DNA of 64,000 nucleotides from Candidatus Sumerlaeota bacterium (GTDB lineage Bacteria; Sumerlaeota; Sumerlaeia; Sumerlaeales; Sumerlaeaceae): contig JAPLSQ010000031.1 in NCBI GenBank assembly GCA_026398535.1, positions 4,165 through 68,164 of the forward strand. The letters run 5' to 3'. Under the pieces are notes generated by a model that saw nothing but the letters and a program-made list of their open reading frames with translations, did not search any database and had not been told where the DNA came from. The position numbers were made by a program, and so were the translations under genes. Shown here piece after piece: positions 39,112 to 48,352 of the stretch (position 1 is the stretch's first letter; every line of letters begins with the position of its first letter).

Positions 39112-39299
39112 GCCCGATCTGTGGCAACAGAAAGTCAGCAAACCTTTTGTTAAGGGTGCATTTCTGGCCATTGCGGGTATTACATCGGCAGATAGTTCAA
39201 AGGAGGTTATCCACAGTGGAAGCCCGCATTCCCATGTAACAATGGGCGGGTGTTCGGAATTCTCTTGGCAACATAGTCTTTCCCGCCAATAAAGAACGC

Positions 39300-40838
39300 A
39301 TGCTTGCCAAAGTCTTCAGCCATGAGGTTTATGGTGTTGACGCGTTTACTGTCGAGGTGGAAGTCGATGTCACCAAGGGCAAGGACGTGTTCAATATAGT
39401 CGGCTTGCCGGACGCGTCGGTCAAGGAAAGCAAAGAGCGCGTCAAGGCGGCGCTGATCAATTCGAACTTCTATTGTCCTCGTGAGCAAATCACAATTAAC
39501 CTGGCTCCCGCCGATATGCGCAAGAAAGGGCCATCGCTTGATCTGCCGATGGCGCTTGGTCTGCTTGGCGCGCTGGGCAAAATCAACCCCGAGCGGCTTC
39601 GTCAGTTCAGTATTGTGGGCGAGTTGTCGCTGGATGGGGCGATCCGGCCTGTGGCGGGAGCGCTTCCGATTGCCTTGGGCGCGCGCGACAAAGGATTTAG
39701 CGGGATCATCGTCCCCGCGGAAAATGCCGCTGAAGCGGCTGTCGTCGAAGGAATTGATGTCTTCCCGGTTTCCACGCTCATGGATGCTGTTTCGTTTTTG
39801 AATAGCCAGATGGAAATCGCCCCGCACCGCGCGAATCTGAGAGAAATCTTCGTCTGCAATTCCAAGTGCTTCCTCGATTTCGCGGATGTGAAGGGCCAGG
39901 AGAATGCCAAGCGGGCGCTGGAGATTGCCGCCGCGGGCGGACACAATGTTCTTCTTGTCGGGCCGCCTGGCAGCGGGAAAACCATGCTCGCCAAGCGGCT
40001 GCCATCCATTCTCCCGGAGCTTTCATTGGAGGAGAGCGTCGAGACAACCAAGCTTCATTCGATTGCGGGTCTGCTGAACGGCAAGCAGTCGCTGATCGCC
40101 ACACGGCCATTTCGATCTCCGCATCACACGATCTCGAATATCGCCCTCATAGGCGGCGGCACAATTCCCAAGCCCGGAGAGGTTTCACTTGCTCATAACG
40201 GCGTCCTGTTCCTCGACGAAATGCCGGAGTTCGATCGGCAGGTTCTGGAAGTGCTGCGCCAGCCGCTTGAAGACGGGTATGTGAATATTTCCCGCACGGC
40301 GATGAGTCTTACATTTCCGGCCCGTTTCATTCTGTGTGGCTCATGCAATCCGTGTTACTGTGGATATTTAACTGACACAACAAGGGAGTGCCGCTGCACT
40401 CCGCAGCAGATTCAGAAATACCGGAATCGTCTCAGCGGTCCTTTGCTTGACCGCATCGATTTGCATATTGAAGTGCCGGCCGTGCCCATCCGCGAACTGG
40501 CGCGGCATAGCCACGCTGCCGAACCAAGCAGCGCAATCCGCGAACGGGTGAACGCCGCGCGCCAGCGTCAGCGCGAGCGATACGCGGATATCTCCGGTGT
40601 TCATAGCAATGCGCATCTCTCAAGCCGGGAAATGAAGAAGTTCTGCCGGTTGACGGAAGCCGCCCAAACGACACTCGAAAGCGCCATGTACATGCTCGGA
40701 TTGTCGGCGCGCGCCTATGATCGGATCATCAAAGTCGCCCGGACCATTGCCGATATGACAGGACAAGACCAGATCGACACCGACCAAGTGGCCGAAGCGA
40801 TTGGCTACCGGTCCATGGACAGAAATGTGTGGAAATAA
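39300..40838 (+). CDS. comM: YifB/ComM-family Mg-chelatase-like AAA+ ATPase
   Basis: N-terminal Lon-protease-like domain (VFNIVGLPDASVKESKERVKAAL), Walker A GPPGSGKTM, C-terminal Mg-chelatase subunit ChlI region. Confidence 0.9.
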   Translation: MLAKVFSHEVYGVDAFTVEVEVDVTKGKDVFNIVGLPDASVKESKERVKAALINSNFYCPREQITINLAPADMRKKGPSLDLPMALGLLGALGKINPERLRQFSIVGELSLDGAIRPVAGALPIALGARDKGFSGIIVPAENAAEAAVVEGIDVFPVSTLMDAVSFLNSQMEIAPHRANLREIFVCNSKCFLDFADVKGQENAKRALEIAAAGGHNVLLVGPPGSGKTMLAKRLPSILPELSLEESVETTKLHSIAGLLNGKQSLIATRPFRSPHHTISNIALIGGGTIPKPGEVSLAHNGVLFLDEMPEFDRQVLEVLRQPLEDGYVNISRTAMSLTFPARFILCGSCNPCYCGYLTDTTRECRCTPQQIQKYRNRLSGPLLDRIDLHIEVPAVPIRELARHSHAAEPSSAIRERVNAARQRQRERYADISGVHSNAHLSSREMKKFCRLTEAAQTTLESAMYMLGLSARAYDRIIKVARTIADMTGQDQIDTDQVAEAIGYRSMDRNVWK

Positions 40839-40857
40839 GATCGACCGCGCCAGGAAA

Positions 40858-42951
40858 TCAGCGGTTCTCGATCATTATCACAGCAGAACGGGCGGGAATC
40901 AGGAACCGGCCGTCGCACGGAGCGGCAACATGATTTTCCGGTGTTGCCCGTTGAAAGCGTTTGGCGCTGTTTGTTCGCGCACGACCCTCAAGAATCTTGG
41001 CGCTGTTATTCGCGATCAAAATGGCAAGCTTCCCGTTTTTCAGATTTCTGAGTACGCTGTAAAGCGGGTGGGGGGTGTCATCCACTGTCACTGATGCCCC
41101 GATTGTGCTTTGGAATTTCCCGTCCCAAAGATAATCGCTGAATTTCCGTCTTAGCGCATCCACCTTCGTGCCATATTCCACCGACAGGGGCATTTCATCA
41201 AGATGACCCTGAAAATTTCTCGGTTCATAACAGATGGCGTAGCGATAGAGAAGGCATAAATTAATTGTTTCGCGGTCATCATAACCATAGACCCAATTGA
41301 CCATGGGCAGAGCGGGGGAGAGGTAGCGGGTCACGGGGATGTGGCTGTCGAGGGTCCTGTGATAAGCGATGTTGTAATGGCGGTATTGCAGGTCATAAGG
41401 CCCTTCACCGGCAAGCACGGGCACAGCGGAGTATTGTTTGAGAAGACTGACGAGTTTTTTTTCAAAGACGGCATCGCCCGCAAAGTTGTAAGCGGGCATG
41501 CGATGTCCGTGTGATGTGTCAAAACAATAGAACGCGTTTCGGCCATGCCACATGGATTCGTCGAGCAGGATGCCATCAGGTTCCAGGAGCAGGCTTTTTT
41601 CGATTTGATCGAGCGCGATGTCCTGCCATTGGGGGCAGTTCATGCACATCCACGCATAAGGGCGTGTGTTGATCCCCGAAAGATGGGCGGGCGTATGGTA
41701 TTGCCAGCCTTCGTGTCCGTGGATATTCCCGAAGATGTCCTTGCTGGCATACTTGTGAAGCTCCATTTTATACCATTCGGTCCCGACATCCACACATGTG
41801 TATTTTTCATAAAGGATGACTTTCACGCCCATCCGTTGGATCTTTTCGATGGAGCGCTTGAGTTCTTTCCATGTTCCCAAACGGGGATCCGTCTCATGAA
41901 TCGGGAGCCTCCCGTCCTGCCCGTATAATGTCCATCCGACGATATGCAATACCCCGACGTTGTGGATTTTGCATTCGTGTCCGAAATCAACGAGTTGTTT
42001 ATAAGGCACACTGAGCGAGTCGCCCCATGAGTTCATCTGGATCATCTGCCACGAGTGCACATCTGCAGCCCAGGCCGGCGCCAGCGGCTGTTTCATCCAA
42101 GTCTTGCGCCATCGATTATAAATATCCGCGCCAGCCTGCCAGGTTCCCTTATACGGTTTAAGAATGATTGGGCTTGTTTCGCGGCATTCGCCCGGCTGAA
42201 TAAACGGATGATGCGCCGCCTTGAACTCGATGTGCGCGTCTTGGCTGCCCAGGCTGTCGTTGGGCGGAACATGGGGCGGCGTCGTGTACCCGGGTTTCAA
42301 CTCGAGGACAAACTCGGCGCGTGCCTGTGCGCTGGTATCATGGCATCCCGCATAAAGACCCTGCTCCTTGCTCTGTATGAGCATGAATGGGCTTTCGGGC
42401 GTTGCAACAATCTGAATTGGATATTCGGTTCCCCAATAACCGCGTTCATTTTCAAATTTTGGATAGATCTGTTTCGTGTAAAGATTGCAGTATCCCATGT
42501 GCGCTCGCGACAGAACTTCTCCTGGCGTCGGATTGCGCAGATCGCCAATCATGGGATAAAAAACCGACTCAACCGGATAGCGGGAGCAGTTGTTGATTTT
42601 AATTTCAAATTTAAGTCCGCCATTGGTCAGTGTCACCGTGGCCGTGATTTTGATGTCCAGCGCGCCCGTGTGCTGGCTGACAACATGATCCCAGTAGAAA
42701 GAGATTCGTTGGGGATTGTCCTCCTGGCTGATGAGTGGGGCATTTTGCCTCACGCCAGCGATCCTGTGCATAAGGCGTTCTGGAAGAGGCGCAATCATCA
42801 AAAATGACTGGGCCAGATGCGCGCGCCCTTGAATCTGCCAAGTTGTTTTATGATCTGTGAACTGCACGAGCGCGCCGTTTGTGGCATCGAAGACGGCACA
42901 CATTGCCTTGTTTTCGAGTCGGATAAGATTGCATGAATTGTTTTTTATCAT
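40858..42951 (-). CDS. Hypothetical cytoplasmic protein (~697 aa), possibly a glycoside-hydrolase-like TIM-barrel protein; function unknown
   Basis: Start placed at MIKNNSCNLIRLENK (42951), inside the longer track ORF 40858..43170 and overlapping the stop of the upstream gene (ATGA). The His/Arg-rich N-terminal extension in the track ORF looks non-genuine. Last gene of the long minus-strand glycan operon. Confidence 0.65.
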   Translation of the reverse strand: MIKNNSCNLIRLENKAMCAVFDATNGALVQFTDHKTTWQIQGRAHLAQSFLMIAPLPERLMHRIAGVRQNAPLISQEDNPQRISFYWDHVVSQHTGALDIKITATVTLTNGGLKFEIKINNCSRYPVESVFYPMIGDLRNPTPGEVLSRAHMGYCNLYTKQIYPKFENERGYWGTEYPIQIVATPESPFMLIQSKEQGLYAGCHDTSAQARAEFVLELKPGYTTPPHVPPNDSLGSQDAHIEFKAAHHPFIQPGECRETSPIILKPYKGTWQAGADIYNRWRKTWMKQPLAPAWAADVHSWQMIQMNSWGDSLSVPYKQLVDFGHECKIHNVGVLHIVGWTLYGQDGRLPIHETDPRLGTWKELKRSIEKIQRMGVKVILYEKYTCVDVGTEWYKMELHKYASKDIFGNIHGHEGWQYHTPAHLSGINTRPYAWMCMNCPQWQDIALDQIEKSLLLEPDGILLDESMWHGRNAFYCFDTSHGHRMPAYNFAGDAVFEKKLVSLLKQYSAVPVLAGEGPYDLQYRHYNIAYHRTLDSHIPVTRYLSPALPMVNWVYGYDDRETINLCLLYRYAICYEPRNFQGHLDEMPLSVEYGTKVDALRRKFSDYLWDGKFQSTIGASVTVDDTPHPLYSVLRNLKNGKLAILIANNSAKILEGRARTNSAKRFQRATPENHVAAPCDGRFLIPARSAVIMIENR

Positions 42952-45077
42952 GATGATGCTTTCTTGAGATGTATTAAGCAGGATTTGTGGGATGACAGGG
43001 AGATGACGGCTTGTTGATCTGATGCCGCTATTCGGCCCGGAATGAGCATATTGTGGGCGCTCAATTTGTATCCCGGATCCCCCCATGCCAGATTTCCCTT
43101 GGCACAGTTTTGTGAATTGCCGGTGATGCCGGTTTCGAGATTGCCAAGGAGGATGGTCATTTCGCCGCAAGCATCGCCCCAGGCAAGAAAGCAGACCGGC
43201 TTGAGCCAGTCGAGGTTATCCCAATTGATGCGGGCGGCGCCCCAAGAGAGATGATGCAGCGCCTTGACAATCGCAACGTATGTTTGGGGGCTCTGTATCG
43301 ATTGCGTTGTCAGGTTCAATTCACGGAGGGTTCCCCATTCCGGAGTTTCCCAGATCCAACAGGGATGGAGTTTATGCTTGGCGAAAACCGGACCATCAAG
43401 GCATGTGATAAGGCTCTCCCAATGCGGGGAAGAGCGCAGGATTCGCCGGCGCTGATTAATGACAAGACCGCGCGCGCCGGCAGCTACCGACAATTTTGGC
43501 GATAGGAACGCGCATGAGGGCAAAGTCTCAGTCACAATGCTCTCTTCCAAATCGACATTGAGTTCGCGCCGCAACAATTCCGGCATTTGCGCGGCCAATC
43601 CGGTGAAAATGAAAGGCAACCCTTCTTTGATTCGCGTGCTGATCCATTGGATCACATCAGCAGACAGATTGGCAGGCGCGGGAAAGATGTAAGCATCGGC
43701 TTGTGTCATTGGCGCCCATTCACTGCGTGTAATGGAAAGGACAGGCAGACCATATTTCATGATCATTGCGCACCAGTCATCCATTTCCTCACCCTGGCTG
43801 TATGGGGTCGGGTGATCGAGTAAGTGCTCAAGCCCGGCGCGGTGATAAATCAGGCAAGGGCCTGATGGCGTGGGATTGCGCGACAGGTCCGCCGAACAAG
43901 CGTCGAGCATGCCGACCAGCCATGTCACAGTTTGTTCCGGCAAAAGCTCCTTTCGGCGGTTCATCCATGAAATATAACATCCGGCAGAGCGGCAGGGATC
44001 GCCTTCCGGCTTCAATACCGCGGCATGGCTGTAAGCCCATATTTCCCATGCCACCTTGCTTGGATATTGATGAATGCTGTCCCATGGCTCCCACGCGTCA
44101 AATGTCTCGACAAGGAACATGTGACGGGTGCGGGTTTCCGCCAGCATGGCGAGATTGACCAACACATTCGCGAGCTGGAATGTGAAGCCGCTGGACTGTT
44201 GCGGCCAATAATCCTGCCATGCCGAGCCCCATGTTTGCGTGATCCAGAGATCAAAATGGCCTTCACGCGCCAGTTGCTCAAGATCGAAGCCGTGCGACCG
44301 CCATTCTTCAACGGGCGATATTCCGGAGTTGTAACCGATTACAATAAAGCGGGGATTGTTGGACTTGATGCGGGCAAACAGGCTGGAAAAGGCGCTGGTC
44401 CAATCACGGCGGGCTGCCGGCTCCATGTAACGGGCGCGGCTGTTGCCCCGCACATAAGCAGGGCTGAAGATGGCGTCGCGCAACACGATGGCATCCAACC
44501 CAATCGCGGCAGCCAGATCACATAATTTATCGGCAAAATAGACAGCGAGGGTTGGATGCGGCTCGCGGCAGGCTGCCTCGTCGGAGCTCGTGATAACCGT
44601 GGCGCCAAAGTAGAAAAGATCAAAACGTGGATCAAACACTTCACGATGATCACGGAACCATTGGCTTGTGATGTAATATCGCGCTGTTTCCTTGATTTCC
44701 TCAGTGCGCCCGCTGAATCCCTCGCATGGATCCATGGTCATGGATTCAACGCCAATCATCATGAGTGCGACGTTGAAATTCTGGATACCATGGCGATCAG
44801 CTTCATGCTTTAATGCCGTAATCAGTTCAGCCAAACGGCGGTAGGACCAAGTCTCATAGACAGGCGGCATACACGTGGGGATGACATCGTCGAGGTTGCC
44901 ATTCCAGCACAGAACAATGTCAAGCAACCAGCCTGCACATAGTGAAAGTCCATGGCGCGCGGTGGGATTTCTTTTCCACAATGGCTCAATGCGGTTGAAA
45001 AGTTCAGCCGCCTTCTCTTGGGGCTGTCCACCCTGAAACCAGCAGAGATCAATCTCCAACCAGCATTCTTTGTTCAT
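42948..45077 (-). CDS. Hypothetical cytoplasmic protein (709 aa); function unknown
   Basis: Long ORF with protein-like composition and no signal peptide, between the GH2 and 40858..42951 genes, 4-bp-overlap coupled to the latter. Confidence 0.65.
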   Translation of the reverse strand: MNKECWLEIDLCWFQGGQPQEKAAELFNRIEPLWKRNPTARHGLSLCAGWLLDIVLCWNGNLDDVIPTCMPPVYETWSYRRLAELITALKHEADRHGIQNFNVALMMIGVESMTMDPCEGFSGRTEEIKETARYYITSQWFRDHREVFDPRFDLFYFGATVITSSDEAACREPHPTLAVYFADKLCDLAAAIGLDAIVLRDAIFSPAYVRGNSRARYMEPAARRDWTSAFSSLFARIKSNNPRFIVIGYNSGISPVEEWRSHGFDLEQLAREGHFDLWITQTWGSAWQDYWPQQSSGFTFQLANVLVNLAMLAETRTRHMFLVETFDAWEPWDSIHQYPSKVAWEIWAYSHAAVLKPEGDPCRSAGCYISWMNRRKELLPEQTVTWLVGMLDACSADLSRNPTPSGPCLIYHRAGLEHLLDHPTPYSQGEEMDDWCAMIMKYGLPVLSITRSEWAPMTQADAYIFPAPANLSADVIQWISTRIKEGLPFIFTGLAAQMPELLRRELNVDLEESIVTETLPSCAFLSPKLSVAAGARGLVINQRRRILRSSPHWESLITCLDGPVFAKHKLHPCWIWETPEWGTLRELNLTTQSIQSPQTYVAIVKALHHLSWGAARINWDNLDWLKPVCFLAWGDACGEMTILLGNLETGITGNSQNCAKGNLAWGDPGYKLSAHNMLIPGRIAASDQQAVISLSSHKSCLIHLKKASS

Positions 45078-45115
45078 GGTTTGGATATCCTGTTAATCCG
45101 TATCAATATCGGGTG

Positions 45116-48100
45116 TCACGCGTTCCACGCCTCGGTGACCAATCCGTCAGGCTCGTTCACGCGAACTGATTTCGATTCGCCGGGTTCGAGCCAGAAGTAA
45201 TTGTCGTCGGGCAGGAAGGTGTCGAGGTGGCCATAGCGCAGTATGGCGGCCGCAACCGCGGGTAATGTGCCCGTGTTGGTCACCCGTGCCTGCATTTCGT
45301 GAACCTCAAGACGGAGCGTTGTTCTGGGCAGTATAAACAGACTGCCCTTCTCCGCCTCATAATTGACGAAGTAGAAGGTGCGGCTGGTCAAGGTGCTTTC
45401 TTTGATCACTTCGATGACGATAAACAACGGTGTGGCGCCGGTCTGTTGCGGTGTCAGCGAAAATTCGCCGAGTTGGCGCACCCGGTTAATCGCGCCCTTG
45501 CCGGAATACTCTTCAGCCTTGATGTGCCGGAGTTGGCCATCATAGGCGCGCACGTTAACACTCCAATGCGTCCCCTTAAGGCTGTCCGCATCGTCAAGCA
45601 GATATACAGGAAGTTTGAGCGCCTTGCCATTGTTATTCACGCTGTCGAACAACACGCAGGCATGCAGCGGGGCAAAGGCGTCCTGGAAAAAATAATGGCT
45701 TATCTTGGGGGCGCCGTACCAGTCGGCGCATGACCATGAGACGGCGGGCCAGTTGTCATTCATTTTGTAATACAGCGCGCCGGTACACTGCGGCCACCGT
45801 GTGCGGGCGCGTTCAATAGTATGACGTACCCCAACGGCTTGGGCCAGTTGCGAGCCAAGCACCACGTCCTTTATCGACGAGTTATTTGTGAAACAGCCCG
45901 AGTATTGCAGCAGGCGCGCCATATCCTCCATCCGGTTGAATACTGGGGTGTGATAGGCAAAGCTGCCGTGGGGCGGGGCAGGCCAGAGATCCTTTTCCTT
46001 GTCCGGAAGATAACGCATCACGGATTCATAAACGGGGCACGATGCCAATCCGAATTCGCCATAGAAAGGCGCCATCATCTTAAGATTATGGTCAAGGTGC
46101 TGTTTCTGCCACCAGCAATTATAGTTGTGTTCGCTGCCTCCCCAGGGCTCGCCACGATGGAACGGGCGTGTGCCGTCCAATTCGATGCTGTAGCGCCCCA
46201 TCATGTCGATGGCCTCCCCAAAGGGCTTGTCGGATTCATTGCCGCCTGTATAGATGACGAGGGAAGGATGATTGCGCAGGCGCAGCATGTTCAGTCGAAC
46301 GGTTTCCTCAAGCATTTCATAAGGCTGAAAATTGTGGCTGTTCCATGCCGTGGGCCATTCCTGCATGACCATGATCCCCTTGCGGTCGCACAAGTCATAA
46401 AAATCGTCGGTTTCCGGCATGCCCGCCCCCCATGCGCGGATTATCTGCACGTGCTGGCTGTCTGCGATGCTGAGGAAACGGTCGTAGCGGTCATGTGAGA
46501 AATCCATGTAAGAATCCATGGTGCACCAGCCGTTGCCTTTGACAAACATTGGTCGCCCGTTGATCACGAATGTCCAATTGTAGCGTCCGGGATTCGGACC
46601 GCCGGGGGAAGGCGCCATTTCAATTGTGCGTATGCCAAATGTGGTCTGCTTGAAATCGGCCGTCCCACTCCCATCGGGTAGAAATGAAAGAGACAGGCGG
46701 TAAAGGTTGGGTTCCCCGATATCATTCGGCCACCATAATTGTGGATTCGGGATGGTGAATCGCAGGCGCAGAGTTTTCGATTCCTCGACGCTCTTGACGT
46801 GAAAATAGAAATGATGCGCCCCGCCCTGAAAATTGTCAGGCTCCACGATTCCCACAAGTCTGCCTGACCAGTTTTTCGATGTTCCGGTCAGGTTGACCTT
46901 AAGATCCATCACGCCGCTCTCGGCGTTCCTGACGGCTATGAAGGGGTGCATGATGCGTATAGTTGGCGATGTTTCCACACGCACGTCACGCCATATGCCC
47001 AACGCCGGGATGTTGGAATAATGCCAGCCGTACACATTGTTGAACACCACGGTGCGCATCCAACCGACATTCAAACCTGTAAAGAAATGGTTTGGCCAGC
47101 CATGGCTGATTTCATGGGGTGCCGGATCGATGCGCACAATGAGCGTGTTTTCTTCCTTGAGAACACGGCTGACGTCATATTCAGGTCCGCCAAACATTCC
47201 TTCATGGCCGCCTAATTCATATCCGTTGAGCCAGACAGTGCACCGGATGGCAACGCCATCGAAGACAAGTTTCCAGCTCCCTGCGCTATTGGGGAGACGC
47301 CTGAATGTTTTTTTGAACCACCAGGTTTTAAAGCTTTTCATGCGGGCCGCCACATCCTGCGCGCCAATCGTGTGGTCAGGAAGCAGGCCCGCGCGTCTCA
47401 GCGCCCCGTGGACGCTTCCGGGCACGATTGCTGGAATGGCATCACGCCAGTCGCTGATGAGACGCGGGCATGGGTCTCCATCCTCGGCCATTTCCCATTC
47501 ACCAGCCAGCGACAGTGATGCGGGTGCGCAGGCTTTTTCTCCAGTTCCGCCAAGCAGCTTCACATTGACAGGGCGCGAAGCCATGGGGGGCGGCCCAGCC
47601 TTGTAACTCGCGATGTCAATCTCGTCCAGCGAGCCTGCCGGTTTCAGCAGGAGCAGCATGGGATTATGGGAAGCCGATAAGTCAGCACAGTCTTCATCTT
47701 CATCAGGCTGGTCAAACACCCATAATCCCAGAGTCTGCTTGTCGGTTTTCCATTGCAGGGAAGAAGATTGTGTGATGGTGCGGAGTCCGCCGGATATTTT
47801 CACGTGGCTGATCCATCCGTCACAATCATAGGCTGGCATCATGGCGTGTTCCATGGCGACTGCAAGCGGGCCGGGCACGCGCGGCATATCATTTGATGCG
47901 GGTTTCACCTCCTGGCTGCAAACCATGCGCCCGTCCACGAGGAGCTTCACTGTTCCGCCATCGTAGCGCATGGCCAGATCGTGCCACTGGTCATCAGTGA
48001 TATCGACAGGGGACTTTATTTCAAACGGATCATGCCATGATAAATGAGCGCTGAAGCAGCCGCTGCCCAAGTCGGAGTAGATTTCCCAGTGCGCAGAAGA

Positions 48101-48352
48101 TTCCCGGGGTTCGCAGGAGACAAGGATGTTGCGATACCCCTTGCTTCCAAGCTTTGCCCTGCATTCGACGGTCAATGGGGTCTGGCTATAGGCGTCGCGG
48201 CCATCCGCCACAGCGGCATATTTGCCGGCATTGAGCGCGCACCGGCTTTTCTCCGCCTTCTGCTGCTTCGCACCCTTTGTTTTCATTGAACGACCCATGA
48301 TTGATCCTTTCTTTGCCATTGGAATCTTAGTCCGATTGTCTTGAGATTTCAT
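45116..48352 (-). CDS. Glycoside hydrolase family 2 (beta-mannosidase-like) with an N-terminal concanavalin-A/LamG-like domain; no signal peptide
   Basis: LamG-like block DDQWHDLAMRYDGGTVKLLVDGRMV; GH2 N-terminal architecture (IPAIVPGSVHGAL…WWFKKTF…WKLVFDGVAIRCTVWLNGYELGGHEGMFGGPEYDVS); TIM-barrel region (IRAWGAG, MQEWPTAWN, YTGGNE). Alternative start at 48319 (MAKKGS), 8 bp after the P3 stop. Confidence 0.8.
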   Translation of the reverse strand: MKSQDNRTKIPMAKKGSIMGRSMKTKGAKQQKAEKSRCALNAGKYAAVADGRDAYSQTPLTVECRAKLGSKGYRNILVSCEPRESSAHWEIYSDLGSGCFSAHLSWHDPFEIKSPVDITDDQWHDLAMRYDGGTVKLLVDGRMVCSQEVKPASNDMPRVPGPLAVAMEHAMMPAYDCDGWISHVKISGGLRTITQSSSLQWKTDKQTLGLWVFDQPDEDEDCADLSASHNPMLLLLKPAGSLDEIDIASYKAGPPPMASRPVNVKLLGGTGEKACAPASLSLAGEWEMAEDGDPCPRLISDWRDAIPAIVPGSVHGALRRAGLLPDHTIGAQDVAARMKSFKTWWFKKTFRRLPNSAGSWKLVFDGVAIRCTVWLNGYELGGHEGMFGGPEYDVSRVLKEENTLIVRIDPAPHEISHGWPNHFFTGLNVGWMRTVVFNNVYGWHYSNIPALGIWRDVRVETSPTIRIMHPFIAVRNAESGVMDLKVNLTGTSKNWSGRLVGIVEPDNFQGGAHHFYFHVKSVEESKTLRLRFTIPNPQLWWPNDIGEPNLYRLSLSFLPDGSGTADFKQTTFGIRTIEMAPSPGGPNPGRYNWTFVINGRPMFVKGNGWCTMDSYMDFSHDRYDRFLSIADSQHVQIIRAWGAGMPETDDFYDLCDRKGIMVMQEWPTAWNSHNFQPYEMLEETVRLNMLRLRNHPSLVIYTGGNESDKPFGEAIDMMGRYSIELDGTRPFHRGEPWGGSEHNYNCWWQKQHLDHNLKMMAPFYGEFGLASCPVYESVMRYLPDKEKDLWPAPPHGSFAYHTPVFNRMEDMARLLQYSGCFTNNSSIKDVVLGSQLAQAVGVRHTIERARTRWPQCTGALYYKMNDNWPAVSWSCADWYGAPKISHYFFQDAFAPLHACVLFDSVNNNGKALKLPVYLLDDADSLKGTHWSVNVRAYDGQLRHIKAEEYSGKGAINRVRQLGEFSLTPQQTGATPLFIVIEVIKESTLTSRTFYFVNYEAEKGSLFILPRTTLRLEVHEMQARVTNTGTLPAVAAAILRYGHLDTFLPDDNYFWLEPGESKSVRVNEPDGLVTEAWNA

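Noticed and set aside
42952-43170. N-terminal 73-aa extension of ORF 40858..43170 (MRRNDHPPWQSRNRHHRQ…)
   Set aside because: It overlaps the upstream gene's coding region and looks compositionally non-protein-like. The MIKNN start gives a canonical 4-bp stop/start overlap.
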